DNA of 64,000 bases from Owenia fusiformis (taxonomy: Eukaryota), in contig CAIIXF020000001.1 in NCBI GenBank assembly GCA_903813345.2, forward strand, positions 6,944,001-7,008,000. Reading direction: 5' to 3'. Made by a program: the position numbers and the translations under genes. Below are positions 27,401-42,700 of the stretch, piece by piece. The notes under the pieces are model-generated. The model was not told the origin of the DNA. It saw only the letters and a program-made list of their open reading frames with translations, and made no database searches. The stretch's first letter is position 1, and each line of letters starts with the position of its first letter.

Positions 27401-28336
27401 AGTGTCATTAGACAGTGTGCCATGCTTATAGTATTCACATACCAAATATGAACAAAATCGCTCCACTACATTTAAAACATATTGCCATTACAGTTTTACA
27501 TATTGCACCTAGCCATTTTGAAAATTGGCATTAGAGCAGAACTTCTACCCCCATATATATGAGCAAAATCGGGCCTATGGTATTTGAGTTATTGCCCGGA
27601 CGGACGTACATACGGACAGACGGAAGGAGGCGTTCCCTATATCCCTCAGAACTTCGTTCAATGGGATAATAAAGACATAGATATACATGTAGATCGGACC
27701 AATATTTGAGGTAAGAATTTGGTGCATATCTTAGCCATCGGACATGGACAGTCTTGTGGACTGACTGGTTGAAATTACACATCAGTCAACATCGCCGGAT
27801 TTGTCCGATGGTCCGACGCTTAGGAAAAACACTGAGCAAGCTACAACTTAATGCTATAAATACAACATATTGCCAAATAGAAATAAAGCTAGGGAAAGTA
27901 ACAAATATGCAAATTAGTACCAACATTGGCCATTTTGAATAGTAAACAAATGTTTTTGAAAACCAAATTTTAACATACATTGGCTATAGTTTGCCCCTTT
28001 CAGCCAATTTCCAAAAAATCTCAGAAGTATAGTATAAAGATGGACTCACCTCCTATTGCAAATATTGCACACATATGGCTTTTCTCCAACATGGGTCAGT
28101 CTGACATGACGTATAAGTCCATTCTTGTAGCCAAATCTTTTGTTACAAAGTGTACATTCATAAAACGGTTTCTCTGCTGATGAAGTATTCGCTACAGCCG
28201 ATACAGCTGCACTAACAGCTGCTGATACTTCTTCAGCTGTATGTTTTTCCAAAGGAGGAGAGGTTGATGGACTTGCACGACTTGGTTTGACATCGCGAAT
28301 TATAACTTCACGTGCCACCTCCATGTCTTCCATCAT
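15490..28336 (-). CDS. Ikaros/Hunchback-like C2H2 zinc-finger transcription factor; coding exons 28336-28050, 25496-25335, 16964-16823, 16422-15490
   Basis: All junctions are GT-AG and phase-compatible (2,2,0). The N-terminal cluster has 5 fingers (CTLC, CNIC, CNLC, CSVC [degenerate], CNFC) with a GEKPY linker. The C-terminal pair CVHCDILFYERGMYFLHLSLH / CSICHKVCSDKNEFTLHFVNQQH matches the Ikaros/Hunchback C-terminal double finger. A probable 5' non-coding exon ends at 30823 (GAG|gtaag). Confidence 0.9.
16996..17990. repeat. 30-bp minisatellite (ccataatggtcactatagatccaattgcta), ~30 copies, intronic
   Basis: Directly visible; source of ORF 16992-17846. Confidence 0.95.
19560..20849. mobile_element. 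Non-autonomous Transib-like DNA transposon
   Basis: ~41-bp perfect TIR starting CACGGTGTATAACCCAAACGCTCCTACATGCACGACGGAGC; 5-bp TSD TTTTA (19555-19559, 20850-20854); no ORF. Confidence 0.8.
21578..22740 (+). mobile_element. 5'-truncated non-LTR retrotransposon (L1/Tx1-type ORF2 C-terminus), intronic and antisense to the host gene
   Basis: ORFs 21517-22062 and 22080-22643 contain GGLNMVD, ILWNN and the CCHC-type CEKC...HFFVECP motif; AATAAA runs into a poly(A) tail ending at 22740; TSD aaa(t/c)gatgagc at 21567-21577 and 22738-22748. Confidence 0.9.
24131..24470. mobile_element. Non-autonomous DNA element with TACCCT...AGGGTA ends and a 9-bp TSD
   Basis: Flanks tccattaaa / tccattaag; a second, internally deleted copy lies at 9559-9641. 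Confidence 0.75.
25798..26148. mobile_element. Diverged palindromic (foldback) MITE
   Basis: atgatcggacataagtatgatgt / acatcatacttatgtccgatcat at the centre, with pairing extending ~160 bp each way. Confidence 0.7.
26531..27150 (+). mobile_element. Helentron-associated (HINE/DINE-1-like) non-autonomous element
   Basis: Starts AACTAGA; subterminal inverted repeat atcccaacgaac / gttcgttgggat; (GACG)n microsatellite; 3' hairpin cgaacttcgttcg. Confidence 0.7.
27278..27670 (+). mobile_element. Second Helentron-associated element (same family as 26531 and 40582)
   Basis: aactagacaacagcaacgcc...atcccatc start, near-identical to 40582 onward; ends ttcgttcaatgggataat. Confidence 0.7.
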
Positions 28337-28829
28337 TTTGTTGCTGTAATCTAAATACACACAACATATGCTTATAATTAATTACGTACAGTGTTTTCTG
28401 CAATAAATCAAAACAAAGGTGAATCAGTCATGAAAATGAAAAAATAAAATAAAATTGAGCCGTAAAATGATTGCTTTACAGTGTACAACCAGATTTATTC
28501 TGTACATTTCTAATACAAGTAAATGCAATGGATAACGAAGAAATGACGTTTGTGCTTGAATACTTACGTTTTATCCTTGAAACATGTGTATTTTGATTTG
28601 TTTACAACAGAACGTGAAACAAAGAATTCATGGCGGAAGAAGATTCAGTGCGCATGTGCAAAAAATAAATTCAATTTCCTCGCACATATCCCGAGCCCAA
28701 GTCCTCAATATGCTCAATGGATAAATGCGTTTCATTGAGTCTAAACATGTAAAAACAAATTGAGGAATCAATGACATATTCTCACCTTAGTGGTGAGGTG
28801 CCTAAATGCTCTGACACTTCTGGATGCCA

Positions 28830-29200
28830 ACCACCGAGCCAATCAAAGAAAACAACCACTCAACAAACCAACCAATCAAACAAGCAATCGCCAAACCATG
28901 CAAAAAATTAAACAACCAACCAGAAAACTATTCCAAGCAATTGCCAAAATAGGCTACATAAAGCTACTAACCCCAAAATCAGCCAACCAAGCACCAATTT
29001 ATCAACGGTAAAACCAATCAGCAAATAAACCAAGCAAAGAGTCAAGCAACAAGCCGAAAGCGACCAACCAACAAATCAACCGACCACCTTACCAAATAAC
29101 AAACCAAGCAATCAATCAGAAAAGCAACCAACCATACAACTAAGTAAGCAAGTGATTGACAAATCACCAACTTAACTGTCAACCAACCAAACAACTAAGC
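28830..29200. repeat. Degenerate (CAAC/CAAG)n microsatellite
   Basis: Low-complexity C/A-rich tetramer array. Confidence 0.7.
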
Positions 29201-29602
29201 ATGCCACCGACTGGAATATTTTTAATTGATCAGATATTTTAGCTTTGATCCTTACTACTGAGTTTTCCTTTTTTACAAAGGAAAGCAGAACCAAGCAGCC
29301 ATCGATGTGGACAGCAACTTTTCCATTCAATCGAGGTTGGGCCATGCAGCCGAAGATAAGCCATACAGCCGAAGGTAAGCCATACAACTGAATTTTGCCG
29401 ATTCAATCTGATGGAGAATGCCGAGCCTCTCTTTTTGACCGACCAATTATAGACGTCCTCTTCACATAAGTGGTACCCTCAGCCAACTTCGTTTGCAAAG
29501 AAAATCTTCGGCAATCTCTTGAGGTATCTCCGGTTGCAAGCCAAAAGTTGACACCCGCCATCGATGTGCCTCCATACTTCCGCCAACAGATCAATACCAA
29601 CC

Positions 29603-30130
29603 AGGTATTTCAACATAAAGGGACTTCCTAGGGGGGGGGGGGGGTACAGGGGCCAACCAGGAAGGTTCCTTTCAATTTTAAAATGAGTTGTAAACCATAG
29701 ATCTATTTTTAAATGTTAAGGTTACTACATTTTTAAATGTTCAGGTTTTTAATGTAAAAGGTCCCCAGTGCACAGCAACAAGCCTGCACTACTGGTAAAG
29801 AGGGAAGATGTCAATGCTGTAGCCTGACAGTCGCCCCAGGGTATTTCAACATAAAGGGACTTCCTAGGGGGTACAGGGGCCAACTAGGAAGGTCCTTTCA
29901 ATTTTAAAATGAGTTGTAAACCATAGATCTATTTTTAAATGTTAAGGTTTTAAATTATATTCTATTCAAATTCTATCACTGTTAAATTATATATCTGCTT
30001 TATGGGCTTATTAGTCTTTTGCATATTATCGACATAGACAAAGCTTTTAAATATTATATTCTATTCAAATTCTATCTCTGTTAAATTATATATCTGCTTT
30101 ATATGGGCTTATTAGCCTTTTGCTGATTAT
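29603..30130 (+). repeat. Locally duplicated dispersed repeat (same family as 7262-7480)
   Basis: ggtatttcaacataaagggacttcctagggg occurs at ~29604 and ~29840; further duplication at ~29950-30130. Confidence 0.8.
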
Positions 30131-30985
30131 TGACATAGACACAGACATAGAATTAACTCGAAATGGCATACTTGCCATGCTTTGGACTGCACGGCCAGGA
30201 CCTGCCGCAAAACAATGAGGTGCGGGAATCACACTGACTAAGACAAAACAAGATGGCTGAAGAAAAGTCTTTAGAAAATGTTGACCAGGTATTTGCATCA
30301 TTCTGTCATGATATTCTGATTGAAAACACTGCCAATCAAGCTAAGACCAATGTAAACATAATTTGAATAAATGAAGTCTTGCATAAGTATGGTTTATGTT
30401 GTAGAAATCACTTACATTTCATTATTGTAAATATTTGTGGTTTAGATCTAGATTACTTCCGGGTTCTGGAAAAAATGTTTGGAAGTACTTTGAATTTAAA
30501 AGATAAGCAAACAAATGACTATATTGCAACATCATATAAAAAATAAAAACATGTACAAGTCCTAACTTTTGTATATTTCAGATAGTTATGTATAATGTGC
30601 GGGTTTGTAGAAAAAACCGGGAACCGGGTACCGGGGTAAATCCTCCATGCTGGGTTCAAAATTGGTTCATGTTTGATACCTTCTTATAGTTCAATGTTGA
30701 TTATATTGCTAATGCATATTGATATATGGAGGCACTCATATTATTTTGGATACAGTGGGGATCATAAAGAATTGCAAAAGCTATGAAAATTACATGCTGT
30801 CGCACATGTAATAAATTCTTACCTCAGTGTATTCAGTGCTCTATTTTCTCCGTCGTAGTAAGTCCAAATATAGTGGAATTTGTGTCCCTAATGACAAATA
30901 AGAACTTCAAAAGTTGAAGTGGATATTCACATGTTATGCCGACTATTCAAATATTGAGGTGATTTCGTCGCCCGATTGTGCCGGA

Positions 30986-31112
30986 AAGGAGGATTGGCTC
31001 CCAGAATGCAACATGACACGTGCCAGCTTTCAAAATGCTGTTCCGCCATTTTGAAACCTGTCATGAGTAAATACGGTTAACTGATGTTGCATGCTGGGAG
31101 TCAACCGTCCTT
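30986..31112. promoter_or_regulatory. Bidirectional promoter core: two inverted ZNF143/Staf-like sites flanking a YY1-like site
   Basis: CTCCCAGAATGCA (30998-31010), CGCCATTTTG (31044-31053), TGCATGCTGGGAG (31088-31100); lies between divergent first exons. Confidence 0.65.
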
Positions 31113-31353
31113 GGATAACAAACATGGCGATTCATGAAAACATTCATTCGATTTGGTAGGGATTTATCCATTATTTGCAGGTATGAAGCTTTGGATTCAT
31201 TTATTGTGCTACTTTAGTGAACGGGAATTATTTTTCTACCGCTTGGGAGAGTTTGAGACACGAAACTTGGAAATTAGCTCATTGTGACAACTTGTGAACG
31301 TTGAGTTTTATTTTTGTCCCCCACTGTATGTTAACTTTTATTCTTTATTTTAG

Positions 31354-36444
<5,091 letters not shown>

Positions 36445-39400
36445 CTGTTGTAATCAAATGTCAACTCATCCGATAAAGAAAGACAAAACAGCTGTAAAAG
36501 TCAACTCAACTGATGAAGACATATTACAATCAACTCACCTGACAAAACAGTGGCCTGAGTTGAAATCATATGAACTGTGAATTGATTGAATGGATTCATG
36601 ACCACTTGTCAGTGCAATCATTATTTGGCTGTTGCTTCCAAAGTTCACAAACAAATGGCAGAGAACCATTCCCCTTTGATGTATATTCACGTATAACCAA
36701 CTATAGCAGTATAGGTGTAACTCGGGAATTTCCTGAGTCACTGAAGATGCAATCTCATTTAATGTATACTAGACAGATGTATGTATAAACACAAAGTTTA
36801 AGAAGATAATCAAGGTGCTATATGATATTGTTGTCAGATACTTCTTGTATGTAGTAATAATTTTAAGACTTACAGGGTAATGCTTAACTGTTGTAATCGT
36901 TGGTGCTTTTACTGTTATGATGAAAGGAAATTCTTCTTTGTTTTTATGACAACAATGATTGGGGCATTTGCTCCATAGAGGTTATTTAATGTGAGGTTTT
37001 TGATACAGGGTATATCTGAGGGAAATACAATATCTTGTATTTACCGGGGATAATACCCAGTATCAAAAATCGAACATTCAATAACTGATTTATCCTATAC
37101 TTAGTAGATTATGAGAATTAAATATGCATTGAATGTTAGGGAACAATGTAGTAATTGAAAACGATAATTACAATCTAAACATGAATATTTTATCTCAATT
37201 TAAAGTCCTCAACAATTTTTGTTTTTTAAAACTCAACATCTTTTAACATTTAACAGTGTATGAGATATATACGTATCACCCGCTCACCTCAGATATAGAT
37301 TATATTCCCGCATGTAATTTACCTTATAACACTACTAAGTGTGGGATAAATACGTATATGTCCTGACCTGTATGATGGATTTGCACATTTTGTTTCTACT
37401 TCTACTTAAAATATGATTCAAAGTAAAACATACATATCAAAGGATTTGAGTTCTGATTAAAAAACGTTCTTGATTTAAGTATTGTATGTTACTTAGAAAT
37501 AATTAAAGTATTATATGCATAGTTATTTAACATACTGTATGTATGTTATTGCATTTATCATGTCACCACTAGATAAGGTGACATATTGTTGTACATAGTC
37601 TCCAATTTTTTGTGTATGGTGTTGGGCGGTTGGCAGTTGGTGTTCAGTGTCTGTAACAAATGGCAGGTAGTTACATTTTGCATGTCAATGCCTTGTTAAT
37701 GGAATCCTATTATATAGACTCTGGTTGTCACGACCTATACTGAATGTTATGGTCAGAGTTTAATCACTATGTATATTATATTCTGTACTTTTATAGTAAC
37801 TGACATACATTTTACTGAACATTATTTTTATAGATGTACAAATATCACAGGAAATCTGACTTATATTAAATCATATAAATCATCTTAGCATGTAGTCAGT
37901 TCGATACAAATCACTTCACATAAACCTAACTTATATTCTAACAATTGCTCAATTTTTACATTGTAATTTTTATCATGTTTTTATACAGTCTAATAATATA
38001 TTCTATTACAAAATAAATAAGGCTATTATGTATTATGTTATATTATTATAGTTGGGCAGAATTATTGCTAGAGGATACACATATTCTCCTTTGGGACCCT
38101 GTATCCAAAACCTCCCAGTACATAACCATTACACCGACCTTGTCCCCAACTTATCTGTGAACAGTCTTGATTTTTGTCTTTTAAAGGAATTGAAATGAAG
38201 AACACAATTATTTTTTTGTGAAAGATTCTGCCATTTTTCCTATAAAACTTCATAAAAATGTAACACTTAGGTAGGCCTAGGCTTTAATAGAAATGATAAC
38301 TGAAAACAATTTATAGTCAGACAAGATTCAGCAAATCGTTTCATAATTTGATAAAGTCTGAATTTTTGTACATTGCTTCCTTGAACATTGATCTGTGACC
38401 ACTGGCAGGACTTGCATGGAAGAGAAAGGATTTCAGAATTTGCCCTCAGAATTCAGAACTTTCAGACATAAGTTTGTAGAATCTAACTGCAGAAACTGCA
38501 AAATCCGTTTATAACATATAAAGTGTGTATGCTACGCATCCGCAGCCCTATCCATGTATAAGGACCCATCAGTTAAGAAACTTTATAAGTGGTAATTGGT
38601 TGGAAATCACATTGATACTTGGCATGTACAATCCTCCTAATAATCAAAACAAAGACAAGCTTGAATACATGTTCGATGACAGAGTTTTTAACATTTGTTT
38701 GAGTTACCCTTTTTGACCCTGTATATAATATAGGGCGTTTCAGAAAAGATGCAACCTGCATACCTAACAATACAGAGTACATGTGGTATGTAGGTTGCAT
38801 TTATCTTTTTTACCAATGGAGCTTGAAAAATATTTTTCGACCCATTTGCTGCCCAATGCATATAAAAGATGTGCTAGTCCAAATGGCTACCACCTCAATG
38901 GGACAGACTTGAAAACATTCCTATCTTCCATGTCATCTCTAGTTTGAGGTCTGAAATGGTTCTAGGATTCTGGGATTGTAGACGTTCACATTATCTTTCA
39001 GGATAAGAGCCATGTCTACCATGAATGAATGCAGATGTTTCATCCAAATACCGCTCAAAGTTGCAAGTCTGTCTGCAGAGGTGGTAGAAATTTGGGGCAT
39101 GTTCTTTATATGGCCAGCAAATAAGCAATACGCATGCTACAGTAATGAAACATTAGATTTTTCATAATATACTTGTTAAAAAGATATGGATTGTTAGGTG
39201 GGTTGCATTTTTTGAATCCGGTGTCCCTGTACTTTGTATTTGTTAATTCACTATCAACCTATACTACTTTATCAAATAAGAACATAACACGTCTTTATAT
39301 AGTTTAATTTTTTTATATATTATACAGAAACATACATTCATTGAGCTAGTATTGCTGACATTTATTAAACAAATTAAAATACATGTTTCACTTCTTCATG

Positions 39401-39741
39401 TTTCTTTTCAATAAATAATAATATTTTGACAAGTTTATAAGGAAAGGAATTAGCTAGCAGAGATCTCGATTCTGTTGTCTTCACTTACTCTACACATATC
39501 TAGGAAACAATGTCTAGTGTACTAAGGACAAAAAGAATGTACCAGTAATATCTTGCATTCAAGCGTTTGTATTTACTCCATATCCATAACACTAATCAGG
39601 GAATATATCACAGGCCCACAAGGTTGTATCAATACTCATACATTGTAATGTTAAAGTACAAATATCCTTGACGTCCCAAAATGTATTAAGTATTGTCCCA
39701 GCTATTCAGTAGATGTCTTGCATAGCTCAATTGTCTGTTGT

Positions 39742-42700
39742 TTATTTACTGCTGGTAGAAAATAATGCAATGAGGCCTGATGCTGCCCCCATTGACACAA
39801 TGTAGTTACTGAAAGCAAGGTTAAGGAGCACACACACACATATGTTTAGTTTCAATCATGAGATAACCTTTACTTCAATTTAAGCCATGAAGCATATAAG
39901 TAACAGTGAAACAACAAACTGAATTTTTTTTATCTGAAATGTTTCAACAAAAATGGTATTATTGTATAACTGAGTATAGAATGGCATATTTTATGGTTTT
40001 GAACCTGTAAATTGTATCTGCTCATCCCAGACAAAAATTGGTAATGTAACTTTCCGACAAATTAATTAAAAAAATCTATTTTCAGATGATTTTTCAACAG
40101 GTTAAGTGAATCATGTATCATAACTAAAAACATGTATAAATCTATCATATACAATGTATTAATGCAGAGCTCTAAACACTCTTTTCTCATTTATGCATTG
40201 TAAACCGACAGAGGGTTGCAATATTGTAAACTATTACCTTTTCGGCTTCATAAAACCACAAAAGAAAATTAATATTTCAAAAGGATACATGGTAGGTGTG
40301 AATGTTCTCATGATGTAGAATGATGAGATGATGACGAACAGTAGAAATAGGGCATTGTTGTAGAAAATGCTGAATGTTGTCGCTTCATAGTCGGCAACCT
40401 CATTCTTCTTCCACAAGATTCTGCAAATATAGTTTAAATCATTAAATATAACATGCAATAATCGGAGTGGGAGTGTTAAGTGGATAAACCATGACAGAAA
40501 TGCAAAGGGGAAGTTTTACCATTCTTGTAATGAAGGCAAGTGTGAATTCAATATAATCAGTTTTGAAGACCGTACAATTTAAACTAGACAACAGCAACGC
40601 CAAAGCGTAGCAAATCCCATCGAACAATACAACCATGGCTGGTATTTTTACAAAGAATATAGCAAAATAGCAGCCATTTTTCAAAATGGCCACCTTCTAC
40701 CAAAAGTGTCATTAGACAGTGTGCCGTGCTTATAGTATTCACATACCAAATATGAACAAAATCGCTCCCCTACTTTTCGAGTTACAGCAAAAATCGTAAA
40801 ATAACGAGTAAAGGCCGCCATTTTTTAAATGGCTGCCATGTGCTTCTTTAATATCTACATTTCTAGCTTTATTAATGTCCTATATAATTTTTTTACATTG
40901 AAAACTTATTGCTATTACAGTTTTACATATTGCACCTAAATTACTGTAACATCGGCACTAAGTCACTTTTAAATGAGCGGCCATTTTGAAAATCGCCTTT
41001 CAAGCAGAACTTCTACCTCCATAGGGTAGGTATATTATGTATACAAAATATGAACAAAATCGGGCCAATGGTATTTGAGTTATATCCATTCTATCCCCTG
41101 ACTGTGGAGTTGCAGTTTTCTAGTTTTTTTTATCATATTCGCAAACAAATAAAATACAGTATAAGTTTTATCAGTGGTTTTTAGACTGCTGAACAACCAT
41201 GTTATTGCATTGCTTTTGCCATTGTTATCCCATCGAACGAAGTTCGGAGGGATATAGGGAACACCTCCGTCCGTCTGGGCAATAACTCAAATACTGTTGG
41301 CCTGATTTTGTTCATATTTTGTATACATATACCCTATGGGGGTAGAAGTTCTGCTCGAAAGGCGATTTTCAAAATGGCCACTCATTTAAAAATGGCGGCC
41401 ATTTTAAATGCGATTTAAGTAGAACATTAGCAATACTTTGAAGAGATCAGAAAATTGTAAGAAATCCTACATTAGGTGGCGGTTTTGAATTTTCTGAAGC
41501 CGAACCAGAAAAAAGATATAAACATTTGCATTACATTTGTTATCTTGGGCACTCATACTTGTCCCCCAGGCCAAAAACACAGAATATATGCCAAAAATAT
41601 ACATTTAGTAAATTCTTTAAAAAACGCATGTAATAATACCAATTATTTTAATTTGAAATGAAAAACTTAGATGAGAAAACTTAACTCCCTAACTGAATTG
41701 GAGACGTTAACATACCATAATGATGTCTCCTGCTAAATTGAAAAAAAAATTAGTGTATCCTATTCAAAAGAAAATGACCAATTTCATGTGTGCCAAAAAA
41801 TGATGAGATTTTTCATGCTATTTTGCTATGAAAACGATGCAAGAATTTATCTTTTTTTGCTTTTAACTGAATTATACCAAAAACCATCTAAAGATAATTT
41901 TGAACATAATTCAATTATCGGTATCTGACTTATCACCTGGACAGGAAAACGGACGGACGAATGGATGGCTTCTCTACATACCTCCTGAATTATGTTCATT
42001 GGGATAATTAAGCTGTTGAAACCAGTAAATTACCATGGTATAGAAGATCATTCATCATACTTTTTGTCACTTCTAACAATGTGATAAACTGATAATTCTA
42101 CAGAAAAGTATGTAGAAATTCTGCAAATTTGTAAGCCGAGGCTAAATTGGTATGCACGCAAAATGCAAAAACAAAACTGGGAGGAGTGATAATATACGGG
42201 GTGGTCCAAAAAAGTGAACCCCTGCAAAGGACCATATTTCCCTTATTACTTTCTGGAATTCTATTATATTTTCACATGTTGTAGAGGAAGGTCTAAAATT
42301 TATGTTGGCACCATACATTTTTCTAAGTCTTGAAATTTGCAGAAATTATAAGCCCTAACCAAATATTAATGAAAATGGATCAAATGTGATTTTCAATATT
42401 CGCGATTCTTCAGCCCTTTAACACTAGGGATGGGACGGTTCGTTTCGGTTCGGTTCGGTTTTCGGATCATCAGCCGTCGGTTCGGTTTTTTCGGTTCGGT
42501 TCATTCATTTTAAGGAGTAGTATTGATTGACATGATTAGCTGCTTTGTCTCTGACTTCACTGCTGACTGTCACTTTCTTTTAATACAACCAATAAAATAA
42601 CTAATTTATGCTTGTAGAAACCTTTATTCTGTGATGCGTTTTTTACAGAGGAAGTCATGATTGTGTAAGTTTAGTGAGTTTACACTCATGTTTTTCTTAA

